Below, piece by piece: positions 37,613 through 48,638 of a DNA stretch of 54,052 bases. Both the position numbers and the translations under genes were made by a program. Every line of letters begins with the position of its first letter. Position 1 is the stretch's first letter. The DNA lies in contig JAYGDX010000029.1 of NCBI GenBank assembly GCA_046582655.1, forward strand, positions 1 to 54,052. The letters are read 5' to 3'. The stretch comes from Candidatus Poribacteria bacterium. GTDB lineage: Bacteria > Poribacteria > WGA-4E > UBA9662. The notes under the pieces are model-generated. The model did no database searches. It had not been told where the DNA came from and saw only the letters and a program-made list of their open reading frames with translations.

Positions 37613-40600
37613 GTGCGAAAACGCTTCTATCTTATAATATTCACTCTCTTTATAGCAATATTAAATCTTAACGCCCAAGAAATAAAAAAACAGCCTATAC
37701 CAATTGGTATGTTTAATGTTTATGCTAGTAGTGACGCTAACAATTTGAGCTTGGCCACACCTGATCTGCGCGAAGTTTGGCAGGGCGTACCAACCGACTG
37801 GCATGGGGGACATTACCCCTACGAAGCATGTAATCTGGTTCAACACTATTGGCCAAAAGACATCTCCTACGAACCGAATGCCGCAACTGAGTGGTGGAAA
37901 GTTTTTCTCCAAGAAGTATACCAGCAAGGTAACATCAACGGGGAAGTTCGCCTACGAGCCATTGTTGGAGATTTGTTTCCCCAATATAGTAGAAGAGGTG
38001 ATGCTTGGCTAACACGTTTTATTCAGGATCTGTGTGAGTGGGAGAAGAGCGGACCACAAGCCGGTGTGATTGGTGGCTGGTATCTGGTCGAAGAGCCGAT
38101 GGGATCAAAGCATAATTATGATCCAGACAAGTTCGAAACCATGATTGAAGTCATCAATCAAGCGGAATCATCTGGTGGGTATCCCCGTCATGACCGCTAT
38201 GTTGATGTGTCGTTTGATGGCGCATATTATACCTCCACAAAACTCAGGCGGTTTTGCCGACCAGCTGATGTAGTCATGATTAGCTCAAGTAGTTATATCT
38301 GGATGACACGTTACGAGCAGCCAGTTTATAATCCAAAATATCGGGATTTGGCTTGGTGTCTGAACCAGTTTCGAAGTATTGTATGGCCAGATCGGGATCT
38401 ATATGATTTACCGTATCCGAAAATACACCTTGTTTTACAAGCCTATGATCCAATTGGATATCGTCAGCCAACGCATTGGGAGATACGTCAGCAGATTCGA
38501 GAAGCGTTGACACCTGACATGCAATTGCTGGGAAACCGCACAGTTGAGCCCGCAGATGGAATATGGTTTTTCTGGTGGCCAGGGTTAACATTCGAGAATC
38601 GGGAACAAGTGGATGATTGGCTCCATGGCCGACGTGTTGCTGAAGCAATTGAATTAGAAATTGCTGATTTGAACAATAGATCTACCGAGGTTCGTTCAGG
38701 CAATGTTCCAGCTCGTTCGGGATTCGCATTTGATCTCTCGACACCGTTTAATCCAGACGACCAGATTGTTCCGTACGACCTTGCACAATCCGGCGAAGTT
38801 CAGATTGAGATTCATGATACGGATGGGGTTCGAATCGATTTACTCAACATGGGCATTCAGAGCCCAGGAAATCTTCGTAAGTTTGGTGGCCCTAAATGGC
38901 AACCAAACTGGTCTTTGGACGACGATACCTACATTTTCCTGCTTTATGTCAATGAACAGCTCATGGACCGGAAATCTGTCCAAGTTCAACGCCAGCTTTC
39001 AATTCAAAGCCGTTCGCATCAAATCGGTATGTGGTCGAATGACAACACAATCGAGGTGGAGTGGCATCCTGCATCGGATACGAAAGGGCTGAGGGGATTT
39101 TCACATGCATGGGATCAGACAGCCGAAACCTTCTTATCGGATACCATTACGCTGGATGAATTCCAGCGGTCACTGGCAAGCGTGCCACTTGAGGACGGTA
39201 GTTCCCATTACTTTCATCTTAGTGCGGTTGACAAAAACAATAATTTGAAAACGCCATCACATCTCGGTCCTTTCTTAATTGATGCTACACCACCAACCCC
39301 ACCCTCAAATTTAAAGAGTTCCAGTCATCAAACCGGTATTTGGACTGCTTTGAGTGGAGTGACTATCAGTTGGATTGACAGTCAAGATGAAACCAGCGGG
39401 CTGCTTGGATACTCGATTCTCTGGGATCAGCAACCTATTTCAACTCCGCCTGAGGTAATCGACATTGGTAGTGCGGTAACCGGATTTGTAACGCCACAGT
39501 TGACCGATGGACGATGGTACGTCCATCTTCGATCGACAGATGCCGCTGGGAATTGGAGTCTTGGTACAGCACATTTTGGTCCTTTCATGATTGACACTGG
39601 GTCGCCTGAGCCACCATCTGGTCTGTATAGTACCTCGCATAAACTCAAAAGATGGTCAAGCCAAAACCGAATTTCGTTATCTTGGAACGCTGGGTCGGAT
39701 CAACAAAGTGGGATTTCCACCTACCTGATCCTCTGGGATCAATCACCCGATTCCATTTCAAACGAGAAGTCGTATCGACACACGCTGACAACCTATACCA
39801 GCCCGGTATTAGCAGATGGTACAAACCACTATGTTCATATTAGGTCTATGGACAAAGTAGGTCTCATGTCAGCCGAGACGTTGCATCTTGGCCCCTTCCA
39901 GATAGATACTGCACCTCCCAGTCCAACCAGAAATTTGGCTGTATATTATCCGCCTGATACAACGAAAAAATTAGACATCACAAAGTGGCAAAACGGGCAG
40001 GAATTCATCCTCGCTTGGAAACATGAAACCACTCTGGAAATTAACAGCTATTCCGTCAGGCGTACATATCTAGATAAAAATTCAACTACCATAAAAGTTC
40101 AAGGGACGCAATTAATGCAGTCAAACCTTGATGACGGAACTTGGCAATTTGAAGTTCGACCAATCGACCACGCTGGGAATGTTGGAGATCCATCTGCAAC
40201 TTCCATCAAAATAGACACTCAAATTTCCACACCTCAGGTCATTTCCAACACCCATACTGATTCTGAAAAATGGTATGCTAATGCGTCTCCTCAATTAATA
40301 TGGCAGGTTGGTGAAGACCTATCTGGTATTGCGAAGTATCTTGGAAACTGGGATGAGTCGCCCGATACCATACCGACGCAACCTGTTGGTGATATGTCTA
40401 ATCTTGCTGACGGGATTCACTTTTTTCATTTTCGGATGGTTGACAATGCGAGTAACACTAGCCAAACTGCGCATTTCAAGGTAAAAATTGATAGTGCTAT
40501 TCCCAGCGCGCTAACTGTCGAATCAGAAACACATAACCCAAGTGATTGGTCTAATACAAAAGTAGCAGATCTACGCTGGAAACCGTCTCAGTCGCTGAGC

Positions 40601-42949
40601 GGTAATCATCGATACAGCTATTTAATAGATAATACCTCTGATACGATCCCGGATGACAAGCCGGAATCGGTTGAATCCGCACGCATTCAACGAAGACTAG
40701 ACGATGGTGTCTGGTATTTCCACATCAAAGCAATTAGTCAAACTGGTGTTGCCGGTGTAACAACACACTTTCGCATTCGTATTGACACCAAAATCATTAA
40801 ACCGATCGTCTTGAGTCCAACACATCCAGACAGTGAGGCGTGGTATGGTAGCCCCAAACCCCAATTTAGTTGGACACTGAATGACGATCTATCTGGCATC
40901 TCACAGATCTATGGCGAATGGAATAATCTATCAAATACTACTCCAGACAAATTAATCGATGATCACCTCATTAATAAGAATCTAGCCACTATCAACTTGT
41001 CGAGTGGCGTATGGTTTTTTCATCTAATGATAGTTGATAATGCTGGCAATCGAAGTGAACCAGTACATTTCAAAATCCAGATGGATGCAGCGGCACCCAA
41101 ACGCCCAATCTTAGTATCTGGCACACATCCCAACCGGAAATGGCGTGCGACGTCATTAGTCGATATCCGGTGGAATATCCGACACAATCTGAGCGGGATT
41201 TCTGGTTATAGTTTTATGGTAGATCAAAGCCCAAACACCACACCGGACACGAAAATTGACAGTTTTGATGCTGTTTATCAAGCCGATTTGGCAGATGGTG
41301 TTTGGTTCTTTCACGTTCGATGTCGAGGTAACACTGGTGTTTGGGGAGATACTTCACACTATGAAGTACGAATTGACTCAACTCCACCTGTTGTCACCGT
41401 GGTACAGCCCACTGGTGGGAATTGGACATCTCAACCAGTCAAAATCTTCCGTGGTCAAATAACTGAGGAGATGTCTGGCATCGATGATGAGGTCTTCACT
41501 TATCGATACAGTAATTTTGACTGGCAGCCATTTCAAAATGAAGATCTGAAAAATTGGTATGACACAGACGAAATTCCTGAAGTTAACCAATCAAATGGCT
41601 CCGAATTTCAGATTCGTGTTCGAGACATTGCTGGTAATGTCGGTTTCTCAAACGTTGTCAAACTCTTTGTGGACACGGAATTACCTTCACTCACCTTAAA
41701 TAGTCCTACTCACCCCAAACAGGATATTTGGGTGTCTAATACTCTAGCCATCGTGAAATGGTCGATGGATACGGATTTTTCCGGCATCAGCGAATACTAC
41801 GGTGAATGGGACGATCAGCCCGGTACTATCCCGACAGTTCTAATGCAGAACGGTGGTAATCTACAAACAACGAAAACACTAACGGACGGCATTACATATT
41901 TTCATCTGACGGGTGTCGATCACGCTGGTAACCACAGCAAGGTTGTTCATCACCGTTTCATGATTGATACTCAGTCACCTACAGCACGTATTTCGATCCA
42001 GAAGGCCGTTATTGTTGATCAGAAACCAAAACGTATTCGATTTTATCCCGCAGATAATGCACGGGTAAATTCTGGTAAGGTTCAAGTGACCCTAGAGACG
42101 TCTGAGAGATTGGTTGAGTTGCCCAAACTGTTATTCGATCCAACCGGCAAACAACTCATCCCCCTTGATCTAGCAAAGAATGGTGACCAATGGACAGCCA
42201 GTTTTCCTGTTACGATTGAAACTGGTGATGGTATTGGTAAATTTCGCTTTAGTGGGATCGACCGAGCAGGCAATACTGGAGAATCAATAGTTAGTGGAAG
42301 AGAGGTCATTATTGAGACGTTAATTCGATCTGATCTGAAGATTGATCAAGACCGAATTGTCGCACAAGACGCCATTGTTACCGTTCCACCTAATGCTATA
42401 CGTGAAGATCTCTACCTAAATCTCGAAAAGCTAAAAGACCACAATGGGTTTCGATTAATTGCGTTTAATAAAGATAAGATTCCGTTTCAGAAACTTACCT
42501 TCTCCAAACTGATTACGCTGCAATTTCCTGTTGAGCCAATCAATGGTGAAAAACACATTGTCTTTTATAATGATAATATTATGCGTCACGCTATCGGCAC
42601 CTCAGATTATGGGGATCAAGTAAGTTTCAGAGTAAACCAAACTGGTGAATTCTGGATTGGATCTGCACCGGAATCGGATCGAAAGATCTCAGCTGGATGG
42701 GCGGCGCCGAACCCTTTCGCCCCAGCAAATAATCCCACCATTTTTCACGTCCAGACACAAGATACCTACCAAAGTTTCACTATCGATATTTTTAACTTGA
42801 CGGGGCAAAAGATGCGAACTCTTCGCAATGGTTCTAACATCTGGGATGGCAAAGATGGAAGCAACCAACTGGTAGAAAGTGGTCTATATATCTATCAGAT
42901 TAGAACTGATGATGAAGTGATTAACGGTACGGTTGTGGTCATTAGATGA
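37613..42949 (+). CDS. giant secreted protein: GH-like N-domain, about 10 Ig/Fn3-like repeats, FlgD/T9SS-like C-terminal domain
   Basis: Signal peptide; WYLVEEP; repeats S.TH...W...W...D.SGI..Y...WD..P...L.DG.W.FH....D.AGN; PNPF.P...IFNLTG...WDGKD...SGLYIY. Confidence 0.85.
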   Translation: MRKRFYLIIFTLFIAILNLNAQEIKKQPIPIGMFNVYASSDANNLSLATPDLREVWQGVPTDWHGGHYPYEACNLVQHYWPKDISYEPNAATEWWKVFLQEVYQQGNINGEVRLRAIVGDLFPQYSRRGDAWLTRFIQDLCEWEKSGPQAGVIGGWYLVEEPMGSKHNYDPDKFETMIEVINQAESSGGYPRHDRYVDVSFDGAYYTSTKLRRFCRPADVVMISSSSYIWMTRYEQPVYNPKYRDLAWCLNQFRSIVWPDRDLYDLPYPKIHLVLQAYDPIGYRQPTHWEIRQQIREALTPDMQLLGNRTVEPADGIWFFWWPGLTFENREQVDDWLHGRRVAEAIELEIADLNNRSTEVRSGNVPARSGFAFDLSTPFNPDDQIVPYDLAQSGEVQIEIHDTDGVRIDLLNMGIQSPGNLRKFGGPKWQPNWSLDDDTYIFLLYVNEQLMDRKSVQVQRQLSIQSRSHQIGMWSNDNTIEVEWHPASDTKGLRGFSHAWDQTAETFLSDTITLDEFQRSLASVPLEDGSSHYFHLSAVDKNNNLKTPSHLGPFLIDATPPTPPSNLKSSSHQTGIWTALSGVTISWIDSQDETSGLLGYSILWDQQPISTPPEVIDIGSAVTGFVTPQLTDGRWYVHLRSTDAAGNWSLGTAHFGPFMIDTGSPEPPSGLYSTSHKLKRWSSQNRISLSWNAGSDQQSGISTYLILWDQSPDSISNEKSYRHTLTTYTSPVLADGTNHYVHIRSMDKVGLMSAETLHLGPFQIDTAPPSPTRNLAVYYPPDTTKKLDITKWQNGQEFILAWKHETTLEINSYSVRRTYLDKNSTTIKVQGTQLMQSNLDDGTWQFEVRPIDHAGNVGDPSATSIKIDTQISTPQVISNTHTDSEKWYANASPQLIWQVGEDLSGIAKYLGNWDESPDTIPTQPVGDMSNLADGIHFFHFRMVDNASNTSQTAHFKVKIDSAIPSALTVESETHNPSDWSNTKVADLRWKPSQSLSGNHRYSYLIDNTSDTIPDDKPESVESARIQRRLDDGVWYFHIKAISQTGVAGVTTHFRIRIDTKIIKPIVLSPTHPDSEAWYGSPKPQFSWTLNDDLSGISQIYGEWNNLSNTTPDKLIDDHLINKNLATINLSSGVWFFHLMIVDNAGNRSEPVHFKIQMDAAAPKRPILVSGTHPNRKWRATSLVDIRWNIRHNLSGISGYSFMVDQSPNTTPDTKIDSFDAVYQADLADGVWFFHVRCRGNTGVWGDTSHYEVRIDSTPPVVTVVQPTGGNWTSQPVKIFRGQITEEMSGIDDEVFTYRYSNFDWQPFQNEDLKNWYDTDEIPEVNQSNGSEFQIRVRDIAGNVGFSNVVKLFVDTELPSLTLNSPTHPKQDIWVSNTLAIVKWSMDTDFSGISEYYGEWDDQPGTIPTVLMQNGGNLQTTKTLTDGITYFHLTGVDHAGNHSKVVHHRFMIDTQSPTARISIQKAVIVDQKPKRIRFYPADNARVNSGKVQVTLETSERLVELPKLLFDPTGKQLIPLDLAKNGDQWTASFPVTIETGDGIGKFRFSGIDRAGNTGESIVSGREVIIETLIRSDLKIDQDRIVAQDAIVTVPPNAIREDLYLNLEKLKDHNGFRLIAFNKDKIPFQKLTFSKLITLQFPVEPINGEKHIVFYNDNIMRHAIGTSDYGDQVSFRVNQTGEFWIGSAPESDRKISAGWAAPNPFAPANNPTIFHVQTQDTYQSFTIDIFNLTGQKMRTLRNGSNIWDGKDGSNQLVESGLYIYQIRTDDEVINGTVVVIR

Positions 42950-44181
42950 ACCAAGTCCCTTTTCAACAACATAAGATTCTTTCCGTATCTCCGATAGCCT
43001 TAGCGGCATTTTTCCTGCTGTTCGGCTATGAGTTTATTCGGGCGGTTTCAGATTCTTTATTCATTGATGCTTATGGAGCTGATAATCTTCCTTGGGTTAT
43101 GGCAGCTGTATTTCCCGGCGTGTATCTGCTGATCTATATTTATGGTCGCCTTCTTTCGCGGGTTGGTGCCAATCGTGCTTTGCTAATTACATCCGTGTTT
43201 TCGATGGTCATGATTGTAATAGCTTACAGTCTAATCTTGAGAGGTTATCTAATTGCTACAGCGGTTATCTATGTCTTTCGAGAAGCATACATCGTTCTAA
43301 TTATTGAGCAATACTGGTCTCTTATCAATAGCGTACTCAGCTCCGAACAAGCACGTTATGTTAACGGTCCTTTTTGCGGTTTGGCTTCTTTGGGATCAAT
43401 TGCTGGGGGCTTTCTTGTAGGACAAGTTGCAACACCGTTAGGATCCGAGACACTGTTACTTTTTACAGCTGGATCTTTGTTGCCTGCCGCCATATGCTCT
43501 TCTGTTGCCTATGCATTAACAGGAGAGCCCAAACCTTCGGAGGTAGAGCAGGGGGGGAAATTTGGCCATACTGGACTAAGAATCTTTTTCCGATCCCGAT
43601 ACTTGATTTTGGTCGCTTTGCTGGTTGTGACAACACAAATTGTCTCTACCGTGCTAGATCTTAGATTCAAGGGATTGGTCGAAGTTGCCAACCCTTTCAA
43701 AGACGCACGAACAGCATTTTTGGGCAACTTTTATGGAACACTCGGGATAGTCGCGGCAGTTTTGCAGTTCATTGCTACACCGTTGTTGCTGAGACTCGCA
43801 CCAATCCGAATTGTGCATTTGAGTATTCCGGTTATACATCTTATCACTTGCGGTATACTCACTATTACACCATCTCTATGGAGTGCATCTACAGCATTCC
43901 TTCTCTTCAAAGCCCTTGACTATTCGATTTTTCGAGGTGGCAAGGAAATCTTTTATATCCCTTTACCCTTCGATGCTCGTTATCGGGCTAAGCAAATTAT
44001 CGATTCTTTTGGATATCGGGCTGCAAAGAGTGGAAGTGCTTCTCTAATAGTGCTTCTTGGTTTAGCTAATACAACCTTCTCTATCATTGCCATGATTTTT
44101 GCTAGCATATGGTCGGTTATCGTTTTCAATTTGACAAAAAAATATCAGGATCTTATATCCTCAGAATTGGAAGATGGTTAA
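42946..44181 (+). CDS. NTT/TLC-like (Npt1/Npt2) MFS transporter
   Basis: Multiple TM helices; YEFIR...SLF, QYWS.IN...EQA, KALDYSI...KEI.YIPL..D.RY.AK..ID. Confidence 0.8.
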   Translation: MNQVPFQQHKILSVSPIALAAFFLLFGYEFIRAVSDSLFIDAYGADNLPWVMAAVFPGVYLLIYIYGRLLSRVGANRALLITSVFSMVMIVIAYSLILRGYLIATAVIYVFREAYIVLIIEQYWSLINSVLSSEQARYVNGPFCGLASLGSIAGGFLVGQVATPLGSETLLLFTAGSLLPAAICSSVAYALTGEPKPSEVEQGGKFGHTGLRIFFRSRYLILVALLVVTTQIVSTVLDLRFKGLVEVANPFKDARTAFLGNFYGTLGIVAAVLQFIATPLLLRLAPIRIVHLSIPVIHLITCGILTITPSLWSASTAFLLFKALDYSIFRGGKEIFYIPLPFDARYRAKQIIDSFGYRAAKSGSASLIVLLGLANTTFSIIAMIFASIWSVIVFNLTKKYQDLISSELEDG

Positions 44182-44211
44182 TTGACATCATAAAGTAAAT
44201 TTTGCTATAAT
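44182..44211 (+). promoter_or_regulatory. consensus sigma70 promoter
   Basis: TTGACA-18 nt-TATAAT with extended TG. Confidence 0.8.
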
Positions 44212-44336
44212 TCATACGGTTGTGGTCGAAAAACAAAGAGATTTAATTAGGATCAGTCTAAATAAGAAACTGTAATCCAAATTTATAAAGATATTAGGAA
44301 AATCATGACAGTTACAGAATCAGTCAGGAAATAGCG

Positions 44337-45227
44337 ATGAAATTTCAAGGTGTCTTTACACCAACGATTACGCCTCTTGATGAAAATGAGCATGTTGACG
44401 AAATTAGCTTTGTCGCCCACATCAATCGCCTAATAGATCACGGAATTCACGGTCTATTTTTGCTTGGCAGTTCAGGAGAATCAGTTGCACTAACAATGGA
44501 CCAACGTCGCAGAGCGATAGAAACCGCAGTTAATGCTGTCAACGGTCGAATTCCAATTATCTGTGGAGTAATGGGACCGAGTACAAAACAGGTTATCAAG
44601 AACATACATGTTGCACAACAATTTGATGTCTCAGCCGTTGCCGCGACTCCACCGTATTATTATCCATCAACCGGTGAAAATGACATTAAGAGTTTCTACG
44701 GAACGATTGCCCAAGACAGTGATTTGCCAGTTTGCATTTATAATATTCCGGTGATGGTTAAAACCGAAATTCAGCCAGAAACGGTTCGGGATCTAGCAGA
44801 TAAATATGGGAACATTGTTGCTATCAAAGACAGTACTGGAGACTGGACCACTTTTATGAAACTACATGCATACTTGGGACATGATCAGAATTTCTCGATT
44901 CTGCTTGGTTCCCACACAATGGCAGGTGCGGCCATAACGTTTGGTGCAGATGGAGCGATTATTTCAATATCCAATGTTGATCCGAAGCGAGCAGTTAATC
45001 TATATAATGCAGCCAAAGGTTGTCAGATCGACGAGGTAGATCGTATCAACAAAGAGCTCTTAGATCTAGGGAAACTTTACTCTTATGGAGCACAAATCAG
45101 TTGTCTTAAAGCGTGCATGGAATTAATTGGGATCTGCAGTGATAAGACGACAAGTCCGCTCCTACCACTAGGAACAAGTCACAAACTCGAATTAAAGGAA
45201 CTTCTGTCCAAGTATAAACTCGTTTAG
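44337..45227 (+). CDS. DHDPS/NAL-family class I aldolase
   Basis: ITP, LGSSGES, TPPYY, YNIP, IKDS. Confidence 0.9.
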   Translation: MKFQGVFTPTITPLDENEHVDEISFVAHINRLIDHGIHGLFLLGSSGESVALTMDQRRRAIETAVNAVNGRIPIICGVMGPSTKQVIKNIHVAQQFDVSAVAATPPYYYPSTGENDIKSFYGTIAQDSDLPVCIYNIPVMVKTEIQPETVRDLADKYGNIVAIKDSTGDWTTFMKLHAYLGHDQNFSILLGSHTMAGAAITFGADGAIISISNVDPKRAVNLYNAAKGCQIDEVDRINKELLDLGKLYSYGAQISCLKACMELIGICSDKTTSPLLPLGTSHKLELKELLSKYKLV

Positions 45228-45250
45228 CAACCTACTAGGAATGAAAAGCC

Positions 45251-46168
45251 ATGACAGAAATATCATGTGATAAAAGGATTGATGTTCCCAAAAGCCTTTC
45301 AGACAATCAAGTTCAGTTCTTTATCGAAAACGGATATATCGCTGTACCAAACCTAATTGAGTCGGATGAAATCGAAGAATTGCGTGAAGATACTGTCCAT
45401 ATTGCGCGTGGTGGATATCCGTGTGAGGCGGTTCAACCGGTTTCTGAAAACCTAAGCGACGATCAAATTTTAGCGAGTATTTTATGTATTCACCAACCCC
45501 ACTTCATCAGTCCAGTCATGAAAAAATATGTAAAACACCCTGAACTTTGCGGCGTGTTAAGTCAAATTACTGCCGCGCACATTCCATTTTGGGATGGTAG
45601 CGTTAAATGTATGCAGTCAATGTTATTTGTGAAACCATCCGGCTTTCAAGGCCAATCGTGGCATCAAGACGAAATATATATCCCGACACGTGACCGGTCC
45701 CTGATAGGAGGTTGGATTGCTATGGATGACGCCACAGTTGAAAACGGTTGCCTTTGGGTAATTCCCGGCTCACACCGAATGGGATATCTTTATTCGCAAA
45801 AACCTCATGATAATCCGGAAGAATTTGATTCGGCAGACCTGGAAAGCTACGGTTTTGATGAAACGCTTGAGGTGCCAGTTGAGGTAAAAGCAGGGACTGT
45901 TGTCTTCTTCAATGGTTACTTGCTTCATCGCTCACGCAAGAATCGAGGGCAGACATATCGGAGGGTGTTGGTAAACCACTATTGCAACGCGTGGTCGCTC
46001 TTACCTTGGAGCATTAAAGAGGGGGAAAGACCCGCCAATGCCGACCGCCGTGGTGTTATCCCGGTTTCGGGGGTAGACCCCTATGCCTGGAAAGGTTACG
46101 AAGCAACACCAAAGAATGTACATTTCCGGCATTGCAAGGCGGTCAATGATTTAAAAACACAGCTGTAA
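45251..46168 (+). CDS. PhyH-family dioxygenase
   Basis: QSMLFVKP..QGQSWHQD, NGCLWVIPGSH, LLHRS. Confidence 0.93.
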   Translation: MTEISCDKRIDVPKSLSDNQVQFFIENGYIAVPNLIESDEIEELREDTVHIARGGYPCEAVQPVSENLSDDQILASILCIHQPHFISPVMKKYVKHPELCGVLSQITAAHIPFWDGSVKCMQSMLFVKPSGFQGQSWHQDEIYIPTRDRSLIGGWIAMDDATVENGCLWVIPGSHRMGYLYSQKPHDNPEEFDSADLESYGFDETLEVPVEVKAGTVVFFNGYLLHRSRKNRGQTYRRVLVNHYCNAWSLLPWSIKEGERPANADRRGVIPVSGVDPYAWKGYEATPKNVHFRHCKAVNDLKTQL

Positions 46169-46197
46169 ACAATTAAAACCACCCTGATTTTTTACGT

Positions 46198-46226
46198 TTG
46201 AAAAAATAAAACGCTTGTGCTATACT
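46198..46226 (+). promoter_or_regulatory. sigma70-like promoter
   Basis: TTGAAA-17 nt-TATACT with extended TG. Confidence 0.6.
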
Positions 46227-46261
46227 GAGATAACCAGGTTATATATTAGTGGAGAGATAAG

Positions 46262-47299
46262 ATGAAAAAACGGCATATCTACAATTGGATTCCAACAGCA
46301 GTTGGCTTGTTTACGCTAATTCTACTCATGGCAGGTTGTACAGGAGGAACGTCCTTGCGACATTTACCACCACTTCAACCAAATGTGCCAGGTAAACTGG
46401 GTGTTCCAAGTGGTTTGCCCAAAGGCATGGTAGCAGTGGTACCGCCAATGAATGAATCCGGCGAAATTGATGAGTCGGCTCTTGGTGAAACGTTAGAAGG
46501 ATTACTAAAGGACGAAAACAACTGTGTCTTCTTTGTTGAAAAGAACGAGGTAGGTCCCAACGCAAGTCCGGAGGAAGCCGCGCTAGCTTTCGAACTCACT
46601 CCAGAGCAACATGATAAGGTTATGGAAATCGCTCTGGAAAAGTATGAAAGTGATACGGCTGCCAGTAAAATGGCCATTCTTACACTTGGTCGAGATAACT
46701 TAAGAAAGCCAAAATATACAATGATAAGGGATGGCATAACACTTACCGTCACTTACTGGCGTGATGCGGACCTCAATCGAAAGTTTAATCGAGGAAATGC
46801 AACTTCCGTCTTTTATCAGTCGGAAGCTCTGCATCAGGGCGATAAAACTGACGTCTTTTATATAGAAATTGCCAATCATCGGAATAGCAAACTCCTTTTT
46901 AACGTTCGAAAATGGAGTATCGAAGACTCCAACGATAATTTCTATTCCGGTATGAATTTTAAGGATCTAAAAGAACGCCTAACAATGATGAGTCGAGTCG
47001 GTGGCTTGGCTGTGAAGAATGGGTTAGTACAAGCGAAAGAAATTCTGCTGGAGAAACAAATGGCACGTATGGAAGATGGTGTCAGTGAAATGAAGGATGG
47101 TGAACCAGGTACGATGGCGGGTTTCGCCGCGTTTCGACAAGTTAAAATGAATGGGAAAAGCGTGATCCAAAAAATCCTAATCGAAAAAGCACCGCCGCCA
47201 GACCAGCCTGCAGGACGTTTTCAACTAGCTTCGTTTGAATTCCCCTATTTCCATCATCGTGGGATTCGCGAAATGCAGCCACCGCCTATGAGGTACTAA
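46262..47299 (+). CDS. hypothetical lipoprotein
   Basis: SD GGAG; lipobox MAGC; no recognised family. Confidence 0.8.
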   Translation: MKKRHIYNWIPTAVGLFTLILLMAGCTGGTSLRHLPPLQPNVPGKLGVPSGLPKGMVAVVPPMNESGEIDESALGETLEGLLKDENNCVFFVEKNEVGPNASPEEAALAFELTPEQHDKVMEIALEKYESDTAASKMAILTLGRDNLRKPKYTMIRDGITLTVTYWRDADLNRKFNRGNATSVFYQSEALHQGDKTDVFYIEIANHRNSKLLFNVRKWSIEDSNDNFYSGMNFKDLKERLTMMSRVGGLAVKNGLVQAKEILLEKQMARMEDGVSEMKDGEPGTMAGFAAFRQVKMNGKSVIQKILIEKAPPPDQPAGRFQLASFEFPYFHHRGIREMQPPPMRY

Positions 47300-47329
47300 A
47301 GACAAAACAACACAGGATATTTGTGGTAT

Positions 47330-47366
47330 AAAAGACCGGGTGAAATAAATTTTCACCCGGTCTTTT
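47330..47366. terminator. bidirectional terminator between convergent genes
   Basis: aaaagaccgggtgaaa / tttcacccggtctttt 16-bp stem. Confidence 0.8.
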
Positions 47367-47829
47367 TGTATCTTGCGATATCTCCATCATCGTAAATAAT
47401 AATTAAGTGGCCGTCCTCTATTTTTACGACCGATTCCCCACGAAAAACTTCTGTTCCTATCATTGGGATTTCCGTTTTAATCTTCCCAGTATTTACTGAA
47501 GCTTCAATTGTTTCACCCATAACTTTGTTGCCACTGACTTCGTAATTCCCTGTTGCACGCACAATCAATTTTCCAAAGGCAACAGAATGGATTATGGCAG
47601 TTACCGACCAACTGAGATCCGATTTGGTTACCAAAATCATCTCTGGTAATTTTTCGAAGTCGTTGGGTTCGTAATCAACCAGTTGCCAAGTTCCAACAAT
47701 ATCGATATTACCATCACTAACTCTAACTGGGTTTTTCTCGGAGTTTTCCTCTAGTTCAGAATCACTACATCCAATACTAACCACCCAAACAAGAACTATT
47801 GCAAATAATAGGCTGAACCGCTTTTTCAT
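47353..47829 (-). CDS. lipocalin-like lipoprotein
   Basis: Lipobox SIGC; IVGTWQLV; GNYEVSGN; terminal YKK. Confidence 0.75.
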   Translation of the reverse strand: MKKRFSLLFAIVLVWVVSIGCSDSELEENSEKNPVRVSDGNIDIVGTWQLVDYEPNDFEKLPEMILVTKSDLSWSVTAIIHSVAFGKLIVRATGNYEVSGNKVMGETIEASVNTGKIKTEIPMIGTEVFRGESVVKIEDGHLIIIYDDGDIARYKKTG

Positions 47830-48638
47830 CTACTCGTTCTCACCACTTCTCCAATCAGGAATTTCCGCCTATTTTTTGATTCTTGATTTAGCAACAACAA
47901 CAATCCGCCGTCCTTTTCGATTCCCTCAGCAATGCCACTAAAGGTTTTTTCAGCCGTTTGTATCTCAATTTTCCGACCAAGAATGGAACACAATTGATTG
48001 CTCCTTTCGATGAGAGGCCCCGTTTGACTGTTTTTCAAATCAAAGTAATATTTCTCGATCCATCGCAGAATTGCTCCTAATAACGTAATTCTACACCATG
48101 TTTCGCCACTTTCGATTTGCAGAGAGGTTGCCGTTTGCCGAAGACCTATTGGGAAACTTTCAACGTTTACGTTTACACCAAACCCAAGGACCAGAAAAGG
48201 TTGTCGCCTATGGTCATATTCCAATTCAGCTAATAAACCTGCAACTTTCCTTCCATTTACCTGCACATCATTCGGCCATTTGATTTCTGTGGATAATCCT
48301 GTGCACTCACGAATCGCATCCGCAACTGCCACAGCACCAATTAAACAGGGCAACCCAATCTGACTTTTAAGTAGCCAGTGTCGCAAAATCACCGTTGCTA
48401 AGATATTTAATCCTGGTGCCGAATACCATGTTCTGGAATGCCTGCCTCGTCCAACTGTTTGATCTTCAGCTATAACGAGAGTCCCTTCAGGTTTGAATTC
48501 TTTTCCCAGGCGGATGGCGACATTATTGGTTGAATCAACTTTATTGAAAGTCTCAGTGTAACAACCAATAATCTGCGTGCCAAAATCGACGCCTTGGGAG
48601 TATAGGTTACTTTGACCAGGCAAGTGGGAAACTTTCAC
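47826..48638 (-). CDS. birA: biotin--[acetyl-CoA-carboxylase] ligase (no HTH)
   Basis: DSTN, AEDQT.GRGR, IKWPNDV, KVAGLL. Confidence 0.93.
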   Translation of the reverse strand: MKVSHLPGQSNLYSQGVDFGTQIIGCYTETFNKVDSTNNVAIRLGKEFKPEGTLVIAEDQTVGRGRHSRTWYSAPGLNILATVILRHWLLKSQIGLPCLIGAVAVADAIRECTGLSTEIKWPNDVQVNGRKVAGLLAELEYDHRRQPFLVLGFGVNVNVESFPIGLRQTATSLQIESGETWCRITLLGAILRWIEKYYFDLKNSQTGPLIERSNQLCSILGRKIEIQTAEKTFSGIAEGIEKDGGLLLLLNQESKNRRKFLIGEVVRTSR

